Assembly (NCBI RefSeq): GCF_002920895.1
Contig: NZ_PQVG01000003.1
Coordinates: 259,879-291,878, forward strand
DNA from: Flavobacterium alvei
GTDB taxonomy: Bacteria; Bacteroidota; Bacteroidia; Flavobacteriales; Flavobacteriaceae
DNA length: 32,000 nucleotides
Reading direction: 5' to 3'
Numbering within the stretch: the first letter of the stretch is position 1; each line of letters begins with the position of its first letter. Below the pieces are notes generated by a model. The model had not been told where the DNA came from, ran no database searches, and was given only the letters and a program-made list of their open reading frames with translations. Made by a program: the position numbers and the translations under genes. Below are positions 16,326-24,092 of this stretch, piece by piece.

Positions 16326-16405
16326 GCCCTAGCCCTGATGGTAACGGCATCCTCTTGTGGTGGGGTTCGCCACAAGAGATATAGTGGACAGCAGGATTAA
16401 GCTCC
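16326..16405. repeat. GC-rich palindromic intergenic element
   Basis: Perfect 9-bp stem ctcttgtgg (16352-16360) / ccacaagag (16370-16378) with a 9-nt loop. The flanks (gccctagccctgatggtaacggcat and atagtggacagcaggattaagctcc) are much more GC-rich than the surroundings. It resembles dispersed Flavobacteriia intergenic elements I recall. Only one copy occurs in this window. Confidence 0.5.
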
Positions 16406-16412
16406 TGAAAAA

Positions 16413-17330
16413 TCAAATCGACCGTAACAATTTCTCTCCGTGCCAAAGTACGCTCGGATTGATAAGTATGATGCAGAAAACGCCCGCCACGATGAGGAAT
16501 TTCAAGACGTTGTGAAGTAAAATATACTGTTCTTTGGTGTTAGATTTCCATAGATGCAGCAGGAAAAAAATCAAAATAATGAAAGAAGCATAGAAGTAAA
16601 TATCCATATAGCCCACGTCGAAAATTTCGATTAAAACATAAACCGGAATGATTGTCGTGATGGTGAGAATAGTGATTATTTTCTTAGAAGTTTCTTCGCC
16701 ATAAAGTATTGGAATTGTGTTGTAGTCATTGGCCAAATCGCCTTTGATGTTTTCTAAATCTTTGATCATCTCCCGAATTAAAATCAATAAAAACAAGAAA
16801 ACGGCGTGTCCAAAAATGACTTCATAGAAATTTTTGTAATACAAAAGAATGGCAAAAAAAGGCAAAATAGCCAAAAAAGCTGCGGTCAAATTTCCTATAA
16901 TGACTAGTTTTTTGATTCGGTGTGAATAATACCAAATCAGGAAAATATAGGCTGAAAAATATAAAAAGGCTCGCCAAGAAACTATAATCGCCAGCAAAGC
17001 CACAATAAAATTAAGTGCAAAATAAACCTGAAGTTTAGTTTTTTGGCTGACCAATCGGTCGAGCATTGATTTGTTGGGGCGGTTAATTAAATCTTTTTTG
17101 CTGTCGTAGAAATTATTGATAATATAACCCGAAGCAATAGTCAACGCAGAAGCAAAAACAATAATAAACAAATCAAAATCGAGTAGAACAGACAAGGCTC
17201 TTTTTTCGGGAGCGAGAATGAATATAGCCGAAAGATATTGTGCCAAAACGATTATCGGAATGTTGTACCCTCTAATCACAGAGAACAAACTGGCAATTTT
17301 CATTAAAAGAATCTTGGACTTTCTGTTCAT
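16413..17330 (-). CDS. UbiA-family prenyltransferase (DGGGP-synthase-like)
   Basis: 305-aa polytopic membrane ORF with an Asp-rich prenyl-diphosphate motif (NNFYDSKKDLINRP) and a second one (KDLENIKGDLANDYNT). Confidence 0.8.
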   Translation of the reverse strand: MNRKSKILLMKIASLFSVIRGYNIPIIVLAQYLSAIFILAPEKRALSVLLDFDLFIIVFASALTIASGYIINNFYDSKKDLINRPNKSMLDRLVSQKTKLQVYFALNFIVALLAIIVSWRAFLYFSAYIFLIWYYSHRIKKLVIIGNLTAAFLAILPFFAILLYYKNFYEVIFGHAVFLFLLILIREMIKDLENIKGDLANDYNTIPILYGEETSKKIITILTITTIIPVYVLIEIFDVGYMDIYFYASFIILIFFLLHLWKSNTKEQYILLHNVLKFLIVAGVFCIILINPSVLWHGEKLLRSI

Positions 17331-17374
17331 TTTCTATTTTGGTTGGCAACGGAAAAACGCTAGGTATGTTTTTT

Positions 17375-17412
17375 CCTCCCCTCTCCTTTGCAGAGAGGCT
17401 TGGGGGTGAGGA
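17375..17412. repeat. GC-rich hairpin element between the kinase and UbiA genes
   Basis: cctcccctctc-ctttgca-gagagg-ctt-gggggtgagg: nested C-rich and G-rich arms in an otherwise AT-rich spacer. Confidence 0.5.
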
Positions 17413-17415
17413 GAT

Positions 17416-18354
17416 TTAGAATTGGTAAACGACTTCCAGTTTATACTCTTTCAAGGCGCGTTTTGCTTTTTCTAAGTCTTGTGTAAAACCTAGGATATAA
17501 CCACCGCCGCCAGAACCGCAAAGTTTTAAATAATAATCGTTAGAGTCAATTCCTTCTTGCCAAATGCCGTGAAACTGTTCTGGAATCATTGGTTTGAAGT
17601 GATTCAAAACTACTTTGGATAATTTTTTAGTGTTGGCAAACAACGATTTCATATCGCCTCCCAAGAAATTTTCGACACAAGCATCGGTATGTTTGATAAA
17701 TTGCAATTTCAACATAGTACGGAAACCTTGGTCTTTCAATTTTTCCATAAAAATATTCACCATCGGAGCGGTTTCGCCCACAATTCCTGAATCTATTAAA
17801 AACACAGCGCCGTTTCCTTGTAAACTTTGAGTTGGAATTCCAGTAGCCTCAATATGGTCTTTAGAATTGATTAAAATAGGAATGCTCAAATAACTGTTTA
17901 AAGGATCTAATCCAGAACTTTTTCCGTGAAAAAAGGATTCCATTTGCCCGAAAATGGTTTTGAGTTGCAATAGTTTTTCACGAGTCAAATTCTCAAGAAC
18001 TGTAATTTTATTTTGAGCATATTTATCATAAATCGCCGCAACCAATGCACCGCTGCTTCCTACGCCATAACCTTGCGGAATACTGGAATCAAAGTACATT
18101 CCAGTTTCGACATCGTTTTTTAAAGTAGTTAAATCGAAACTCACTAATTCAGGTTGCTCACTCTGAAGATTTTCCAGATAAGAAACATAGCGTCTCAAAT
18201 GGCCATTGGATTTGATGGCTGCTTCCGAAGGATTTTCATCTTTCTTTAATGCGCCATTGTAAAAATTGTAAGGAATAGACAAACCTTTCGAGTCACGAAT
18301 GATTCCGTATTCTCCAAAGAGTAATATTTTTGAGTAAAATAAAGGTCCTTTCAT
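17416..18354 (-). CDS. GHMP kinase, mevalonate-kinase-like
   Basis: 312-aa ORF with the GHMP ATP-binding motif (PQGYGVGSSGALVAAI) and an N-terminus KILLFGEYGI. It is adjacent to the diphosphomevalonate decarboxylase gene. Confidence 0.7.
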   Translation of the reverse strand: MKGPLFYSKILLFGEYGIIRDSKGLSIPYNFYNGALKKDENPSEAAIKSNGHLRRYVSYLENLQSEQPELVSFDLTTLKNDVETGMYFDSSIPQGYGVGSSGALVAAIYDKYAQNKITVLENLTREKLLQLKTIFGQMESFFHGKSSGLDPLNSYLSIPILINSKDHIEATGIPTQSLQGNGAVFLIDSGIVGETAPMVNIFMEKLKDQGFRTMLKLQFIKHTDACVENFLGGDMKSLFANTKKLSKVVLNHFKPMIPEQFHGIWQEGIDSNDYYLKLCGSGGGGYILGFTQDLEKAKRALKEYKLEVVYQF

Positions 18355-18360
18355 ATGTAA

Positions 18361-19449
18361 TTAATCAATTAATGATTGACTTCCAATTCCAATTTGGTCA
18401 CAAAGGTACTGACCATTTTGACAATAGCCAACTAATTCGTCCTTAATAAATTGTAAAACAGTTTCTTTCACAGTTTCTGGGTATAAAACGTGAACATTTG
18501 CACCAGCATCCAGTGTGAAGCAAACTGGTATTTTGGTTTCGTTTCTGTACTTCCAAATGGCATTGATGATTTGCAAGGTATTGGGTTTCATTAAAATAAA
18601 ATACGGAATCGAAGTCATCATCATCGAATGCAATGTCAAGGCTTCACTTTCGACAATGGTTATGAATTCTTCCAAATTGCCACTTTCGAAAACAGAAATC
18701 AATTTATCCAGATTTTCGTGCGCTTGTTTAAATCGCCTTTCGGCAAATGGATGTCCGTTCATTAAATTATGACCCACAGAACTCGAAACTTGTTTTTCGC
18801 CTTTGTCCACCAATAAAATAGAATCCTGAAAATTCTTGAAATTCTCGTGAATGGCTTTCGGAAATGCTACTCCAAACAAATCAGAACTTCCTTGAATATT
18901 GTTGTGATTGCCCCAAACGACAACTTCACCTTTTACGCTTCGGCAGGCACTTCCAGAACCCAAACGAGCCAAGAATGAAGCCTTGTGGTAAAAGTAATCA
19001 TTGGTCATTTCAGGGTTTAACGCTTTTTCCAAACTCATCAAATTCATTGCCAACGCTGCCATTCCTGACGCTGAAGAAGCAATTCCTGAACTGTGCGGAA
19101 AAGTATTTTGAGTATCAATGGTAAAATGATAGTCTTTCAAAAAAGGCAAGTAAACCAAAACTCTTTCGAAAAATTGCTGAATTTTGGGTTTGAAATCTTC
19201 TTTGGGTTTGCCTTCAAAAAGCAAGTCGAAAGAAAATGTATCTTGATTTTGTTTTTTGTCGAAAGCCAGTTTTGTAATTGTTTTGCAATTATTTAACGTA
19301 AAACTCACCGAAGGATTGGCTGGAATTTGACTGTCTTTTTTGCCCCAATATTTTACCAAGGCGATGTTACTAGGAGAACTCCACTCGAAGTTTCCTTTTT
19401 CTATTGAATGAGAATAGGCAGTTGGTATGAAATCGTTTGCTGAAAACAT
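18361..19449 (-). CDS. mvaD: Diphosphomevalonate decarboxylase
   Basis: It has NIALVKYWGKKD near the N-terminus and the GHMP motif HSSGIASSASGMAA. The ATG at 19449 lies one codon inside the TTG of the ORF track. Confidence 0.85.
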   Translation of the reverse strand: MFSANDFIPTAYSHSIEKGNFEWSSPSNIALVKYWGKKDSQIPANPSVSFTLNNCKTITKLAFDKKQNQDTFSFDLLFEGKPKEDFKPKIQQFFERVLVYLPFLKDYHFTIDTQNTFPHSSGIASSASGMAALAMNLMSLEKALNPEMTNDYFYHKASFLARLGSGSACRSVKGEVVVWGNHNNIQGSSDLFGVAFPKAIHENFKNFQDSILLVDKGEKQVSSSVGHNLMNGHPFAERRFKQAHENLDKLISVFESGNLEEFITIVESEALTLHSMMMTSIPYFILMKPNTLQIINAIWKYRNETKIPVCFTLDAGANVHVLYPETVKETVLQFIKDELVGYCQNGQYLCDQIGIGSQSLID

Positions 19450-19480
19450 CAATTATTTTTTTTGCAAAGATACTTTTTAT

Positions 19481-19518
19481 CGTTTAAAAGTTTAACCGTT
19501 TAATCGTTTAAAAGTTTT
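19481..19518. repeat. CGTTTAA-type word repeats in the divergent promoter region
   Basis: Read directly: cgtttaaaagtttaaccgtttaatcgtttaaaagtttt. Confidence 0.75.
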
Positions 19519-19521
19519 GAT

Positions 19522-19529
19522 TAATTTTG
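19522..19529 (+). promoter_or_regulatory. -7 promoter box (TAATTTTG) for tspO
   Basis: TAnnTTTG match 13 nt upstream of the ATG at 19543. Confidence 0.4.
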
Positions 19530-19542
19530 AAAAAAAATAAAG

Positions 19543-20019
19543 ATGAATAAAATCTCAAAAATTCTCGTTGTGGTTGCCACTTGTTTAGTTGTTGGATATT
19601 TTTCGGGAGTGGTTACGCGTTCGGCAATCACGACTTGGTATCCTACATTAATAAAACCTAGCTTTAATCCGCCGAATTGGATTTTTGCTCCCGTTTGGAG
19701 TATGCTTTACATAATGATGGGAGTTGCGGCAGGATTGATTTGGGATCGAATAGATTTTGAAAAAGAAATTGTCAAAAAAGCTTTGGTGTTTTTTGCCGTT
19801 CAATTGGCATTGAATGCTTTGTGGTCCTATTTGTTTTTTGGTTTAAAAAATCCAATGTTGGCTGGACTCGAAATCATAATTCTTTGGTTGATGATTTATG
19901 AAACCTATTTTAAATTCTCAAAAATCAATAAAATTGCGGGTTATTTAATGATTCCTTACTTGCTTTGGGTGAGTTTTGCCAGTGTTTTGAATGCTAGTAT
20001 TTGGTGGTTGAATCAATAA
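19543..20019 (+). CDS. tspO: TspO/MBR family tryptophan-rich sensory protein
   Basis: 158-aa ORF with 5 TM helices. Signature: WYPTLIKPSFNPPNWIFAPVWSMLYIMMG. Confidence 0.88.
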   Translation: MNKISKILVVVATCLVVGYFSGVVTRSAITTWYPTLIKPSFNPPNWIFAPVWSMLYIMMGVAAGLIWDRIDFEKEIVKKALVFFAVQLALNALWSYLFFGLKNPMLAGLEIIILWLMIYETYFKFSKINKIAGYLMIPYLLWVSFASVLNASIWWLNQ

Positions 20020-20024
20020 TATTT

Positions 20025-20747
20025 ATGAAAAACCTCTACAGCCAAATTCTACAATCAAAATTAGAAAACGAGAAATTGCTCGCCATTCTTCTAGATCCAG
20101 ACAAAATCAATTTGAAGAATGTAGAAACATTAATCGAAAAAATAAATCAGTCACCAGCGACACATATTTTTATTGGCGGAAGTCTTGTCGAAAGTAATAT
20201 TTTGGACGAACTCATCATAAAAGTGAAACAAAATTGTAATTTGCCTGTTGTGTTATTTCCTGGAAATCCATCTCAAATCTCAGGTCAAGCCGATGGGATT
20301 TTATTCCTGTCTTTAATTTCTGGTAGAAATCCGGATTTTCTAATCGAACATCAGGTTCAAGCCGTTCCGATTTTAAAGAAAACCCAACTCGAAATTATTT
20401 CTACTGGGTATATTCTCATCGAAAGCGGGACAAAAACGGCTGTAGAACGAGTTAGTAAAACTAAACCATTAGACCGAAACAATATTGAATATGTTGTTCA
20501 AACCGCACAAGCTGGCGAATTATTAGGCAATAAATTAATTTATCTCGAAGCTGGAAGTGGTGCCAAACAAGCTGTTCCGTTAGAAATGATTCAAAAAGTA
20601 GCTCAAAATATAAAAATCCCGTTGCTAGTTGGCGGTGGAATTGTAGATTTGCTTGGAATTCAAAAAGCCTATGATTCGGGTGCCGATTTGGTGGTGATTG
20701 GAACAGCTTTTGAAAATAATATAGATTTTTTTAATTCAAATGCGTAG
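20025..20747 (+). CDS. Geranylgeranylglyceryl / heptaprenylglyceryl phosphate synthase (PcrB/GGGPS family)
   Basis: TIM-barrel motifs IFIGGS, YLEAGSGA and LLVGGGI. I prefer the ATG at 20025 over the TTG at 20001. Confidence 0.8.
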   Translation: MKNLYSQILQSKLENEKLLAILLDPDKINLKNVETLIEKINQSPATHIFIGGSLVESNILDELIIKVKQNCNLPVVLFPGNPSQISGQADGILFLSLISGRNPDFLIEHQVQAVPILKKTQLEIISTGYILIESGTKTAVERVSKTKPLDRNNIEYVVQTAQAGELLGNKLIYLEAGSGAKQAVPLEMIQKVAQNIKIPLLVGGGIVDLLGIQKAYDSGADLVVIGTAFENNIDFFNSNA

Positions 20748-21374
20748 ATGATAGAGTACTTTTTTTCGCAATATGCAACCTATTCCACCTTGGATATTAC
20801 TTTAGAAATCGTCGCGGTGATTTTTGGTTTACTCAGTGTTTGGTATGCCAAAAAAGACAATATTTTGGTATTCCCAACAGGATTAGTCAGTACATCAATC
20901 TATGTTTATTTGCTGTGGAAATGGGTTTTGTGGGGCGATATGATGATTAATGGGTATTATTTCATAATGAGTATTTACGGTTGGTATCATTGGACAAGAA
21001 AAAAAGGAGATGTTGTTGAATTCCCAATTTCGGTAATTTCGAGGGCTGAGAAACGAATGAGCCTAATTATTTTTATATTTACGGTCACATTTGTAGTTTT
21101 GGTGTATCACTATTTCGACAAATTTACCACTTGGTATGCTTATGTAGATACCTTCCTAACGGGAATTTTTTTCGTAGGAATGTGGTTGATGGCTAAAAGA
21201 AAAATCGAAAATTGGTTATATTGGATTATTGGTGACATCATTTCCATTCCTTTGTATTTTTCAAAAGGGTTTACTTTTACGAGTTTTCAGTATTTAATAT
21301 TCACAATTGTTGCCATTTATGGTTATTTAGAATGGAAAAAAAACTTAAACAACTCTCAAATAAAGGAGATTTAG
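20748..21374 (+). CDS. pnuC: Nicotinamide riboside transporter, PnuC family
   Basis: 208-aa ORF with 7 or so TM helices and the ENWLYWIIGDIISIPLY motif typical of PnuC. Its ATG abuts the preceding stop (tagatg). Confidence 0.8.
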   Translation: MIEYFFSQYATYSTLDITLEIVAVIFGLLSVWYAKKDNILVFPTGLVSTSIYVYLLWKWVLWGDMMINGYYFIMSIYGWYHWTRKKGDVVEFPISVISRAEKRMSLIIFIFTVTFVVLVYHYFDKFTTWYAYVDTFLTGIFFVGMWLMAKRKIENWLYWIIGDIISIPLYFSKGFTFTSFQYLIFTIVAIYGYLEWKKNLNNSQIKEI

Positions 21375-23452
21375 CAATACTTAAAATTGCCCTATTTGGC
21401 CCCGAATCTACGGGGAAGACTACTTTGGCAAAAGAACTTGCCGAGCATTTTCAGACGGCATTTGTTCCTGAATTTGCCCGTGATTATCTACAAGAGAAAT
21501 GGGATACTTCTGGACAAATTTGTGATGTAAACGATATGTTGCCTATTGCTTATGGTCAATTGAATTTAGAAAACCAAAGTCTTGTTTCGGCTAATAAATT
21601 CCTTTTTTGTGATACCAATTTGATGGTAACCAAAGTGTTTTCGGAAGTATATTACAACTTTTGTGACCCATTATTAGACAAAGCAGCTCGAAAACATGAG
21701 TACGATTTGTTTTTTCTTACCGATATTGATGTGCCTTGGGAAAAAGACGATTTGAGGGACAAACCTGAAGGTCGTGCAACTGTTTTTTCGGTTTTCAAAC
21801 AATCGTTAATAGATAACAATAAACCTTTTATTACTATTTCTGGCACTAAAAAGCAGCGTTTAGAAAAAGCTATTCAGATTGTTGATGATTTGGCAAAAGC
21901 TAAAAAAATGGGGCTTTCTTCCCATGATTTTGTTCAAATTTTCGAACACGGAATTTCTATAGATAACATTATAAGTCAATTGGATTTATTTAAAAACGGA
22001 ATTTCAAAAGCAATTTTGGTAGAGCCTGCAATGGTTTCTAAAGGCATTTTGAAACTTTCGGAAAAAGATTTTCAAGCAAAAGCCGATTTTTTTGATGCTA
22101 ATAAAGCGAATTTTAAATTAGAAAAATTTGTTCCTGCATCAGGTGCCGCCAGCAGAATGTTTAAATTTTTGAATGAATTTTTGAATGAATTTGACATCGA
22201 AAAAGAAACCATCAATGCCTATATTAACAGAAAAAAAGCTAGCGAATTATCCATCTTTATTGTTGGGATGAATAAATTTCCATTCTTTGAAACCGTCTAT
22301 TTAAAATTAAAATCTAAGTTTCCCAATTTTGACAGTTTAGAAAGAGATTATAAAAATTATTATTTTATAAAATACCTGCTCTCACCCGATTATTTTGATT
22401 TTGCTAATAAACCAAAAGGAGTTCTTCCCTTTCATAGATACACCGCTCATATTGCAACAGCAATAGAGGAACATTTCTATGAATGTGCTAATTATTCTAG
22501 TTCGAATGGAAAAGCAAGTTTGCATTTTACAGTTTCTGAATCGCATAAAATGCTATTTGAAGACATCGAAAAAAACACCAAAAAGAAAGTTGAAAAGGAA
22601 TCGGGAATAGCAATAGAAACGCATTATTCTTTTCAAAATAAAAGTACAGATACGATAGCTGTTAATCTAAACAACAAACCATTCAGAGAAGAAAATGGAA
22701 AATTGCTTTTCAGACCTGGAGGCCACGGAGCCTTAATTGAAAATTTAAATAGTCTTGGAGCTGATATTGTTTTTATTAAAAACATAGACAATGTTGCTCA
22801 AAATCGCATCAAGAGTATCGAAATGTACAAAAAAGCATTGGCGGGAATTTTGACGGAATTGCAACAACAAGTTTTTAGGTATTTGAATGAAATGGATCAC
22901 TTTCAAGAAGATGATTTAAATGAAATTGTTGCTTTTGCCACTAATGAATTGAATATTGAATTAGAAGAAAATTTTAGAAAATACAAGTTAGAATATAAAA
23001 TTGATTACCTAAAAACCATTCTGGATCGACCCATTCGTGTTTGCGGAATGGTAAAAAACGAAGGTGAAGCTGGTGGAGGCCCTTTTTGGGTTAGGGATAA
23101 CAGAGGAAATCATTCCTTGCAAATTGTTGAAACCTCACAAGTGGATTTGGTTAATGAAAATCAAGTAAAAATACTGTCGAGTTCCACTCATTTTAATCCT
23201 GTAGATTTGGTTTGTGGAATCCGCAATTATAAAAATGAGAAATTTGATCTGACTCAATTTATAGATCATAATAGCGGTTTTATTGTCGAAAAAAATAGTT
23301 ACGGTAAGATAGTAAAAAGCTATGAATTGCCTGGTTTGTGGAATGGTGCGATGGCAAAATGGATCACTGTTTTTGTTGAAGTGCCTTTGATTACCTTCAA
23401 TCCAGTGAAAACAGTCAATGATTTATTAAAAACAGCACATCAACCACAATAG
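21332..23452 (+). CDS. Fusion protein: NadR-type P-loop (ribosylnicotinamide-kinase-like) domain plus a DUF4301-like domain
   Basis: Single uninterrupted 706-aa ORF that overlaps the pnuC 3' end by 43 nt. The N-terminal 190 or so residues carry Walker A (LFGPESTGKTTL) and EFARDY. The C-terminal 500 or so residues carry FVPASGAASRMF, RPGGHGALIENL and FIKNIDNVAQ, which from memory are DUF4301 features resembling UDP-sugar pyrophosphorylase motifs. Confidence 0.75.
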   Translation: MEKKLKQLSNKGDLAILKIALFGPESTGKTTLAKELAEHFQTAFVPEFARDYLQEKWDTSGQICDVNDMLPIAYGQLNLENQSLVSANKFLFCDTNLMVTKVFSEVYYNFCDPLLDKAARKHEYDLFFLTDIDVPWEKDDLRDKPEGRATVFSVFKQSLIDNNKPFITISGTKKQRLEKAIQIVDDLAKAKKMGLSSHDFVQIFEHGISIDNIISQLDLFKNGISKAILVEPAMVSKGILKLSEKDFQAKADFFDANKANFKLEKFVPASGAASRMFKFLNEFLNEFDIEKETINAYINRKKASELSIFIVGMNKFPFFETVYLKLKSKFPNFDSLERDYKNYYFIKYLLSPDYFDFANKPKGVLPFHRYTAHIATAIEEHFYECANYSSSNGKASLHFTVSESHKMLFEDIEKNTKKKVEKESGIAIETHYSFQNKSTDTIAVNLNNKPFREENGKLLFRPGGHGALIENLNSLGADIVFIKNIDNVAQNRIKSIEMYKKALAGILTELQQQVFRYLNEMDHFQEDDLNEIVAFATNELNIELEENFRKYKLEYKIDYLKTILDRPIRVCGMVKNEGEAGGGPFWVRDNRGNHSLQIVETSQVDLVNENQVKILSSSTHFNPVDLVCGIRNYKNEKFDLTQFIDHNSGFIVEKNSYGKIVKSYELPGLWNGAMAKWITVFVEVPLITFNPVKTVNDLLKTAHQPQ

Positions 23453-23454
23453 TT

Positions 23455-23856
23455 TTGGAACCAGAGAAAATCATATCCGAATTACAGTTCAAAGCGGTTC
23501 GCAGTAGTGGAGCCGGAGGTCAAAATGTGAATAAAGTGTCCTCAAAAGTGGTCTTGTCATTCGATTTGAAAAATTCGCAAGCTTTGTCAGAAGATGAAAA
23601 AGCACTGTTAGAATTCAAATTGGCATCAAGATTAACTTCTGATACTATTTTGATTTTGAATTGTGACGAAGATCGAAGTCAGCTCAAAAACAAAGCCATT
23701 GTTATCAAAAGGTTTCTGGATATTATTACCGCTGGCCTCGTAGTTCCAAAAATTAGAAAAGCCACAAAAATCCCTAAATCGGTGATTAGAAAACGAATGA
23801 AGGACAAAAATCATATTTCTGAAATTAAAAAGTCGCGCCGGAAACCTGATTTTTAA
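23455..23856 (+). CDS. arfB: Alternative ribosome-rescue factor ArfB (peptidyl-tRNA hydrolase)
   Basis: 133-aa ORF with the GGQ motif (SSGAGGQNVNKV) and a basic C-terminal tail. The apparent start is TTG, with no nearby in-frame ATG. Confidence 0.8.
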   Translation: MEPEKIISELQFKAVRSSGAGGQNVNKVSSKVVLSFDLKNSQALSEDEKALLEFKLASRLTSDTILILNCDEDRSQLKNKAIVIKRFLDIITAGLVVPKIRKATKIPKSVIRKRMKDKNHISEIKKSRRKPDF

Positions 23857-23871
23857 TTTTTTTGCCAACTA

Positions 23872-23892
23872 ATAATTCATAATTCATAATTT
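23872..23892. repeat. (ATAATTC) heptamer repeats, about 3 units
   Basis: Read directly: ataattcataattcataattt. Confidence 0.7.
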
Positions 23893-23897
23893 ATATT

Positions 23898-23905
23898 TAA
23901 GTTTG
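23898..23905 (+). promoter_or_regulatory. -7 promoter box (TAAGTTTG) driving the riboswitch transcript
   Basis: TAnnTTTG match immediately upstream of the THI-box. Confidence 0.4.
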
Positions 23906-23910
23906 CGTCG

Positions 23911-23990
23911 TCTCAAAGGGGTGCTCTAAATAACGAGCTGAGATTATACCCATAGAACCTGAACAGGTAATGCTGTTAAGGGAAAACAGA
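23911..23990 (+). promoter_or_regulatory. TPP (THI-box) riboswitch
   Basis: The conserved core is read directly: GGGGTGC...GCTGAGA...ACCC...AACCTGA.CAGGTAATGCTG..AAGGGAA. It sits about 100 nt upstream of the TonB-dependent receptor ATG. Confidence 0.88.
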
Positions 23991-24092
23991 AATAAAGATG
24001 AAGTGCACGTCATCCGAAAAGTCTGGAACAACAATCATTTATTAATTTAACAAAAGAATAATTCCCCCTTTTATTCGTAAAACTATTTACGG

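Noticed and set aside
17218-19296. Small plus-strand ORFs inside the UbiA, mevalonate-kinase-like and mvaD genes (17218-17409, 17615-17830, 18515-18772, 18864-19124, 19093-19296)
   Set aside because: All are antisense to genes with clear catalytic motifs. I treat them as shadow ORFs.
21332-23452. The NadR-like and DUF4301-like parts as two separate genes
   Set aside because: There is no stop codon anywhere between the P-loop domain and the DUF4301-like region, so the sequence as given encodes one polypeptide. An internal start at the KKMGLSS Met remains possible. A sequencing frameshift or stop-loss artefact cannot be excluded without reads.
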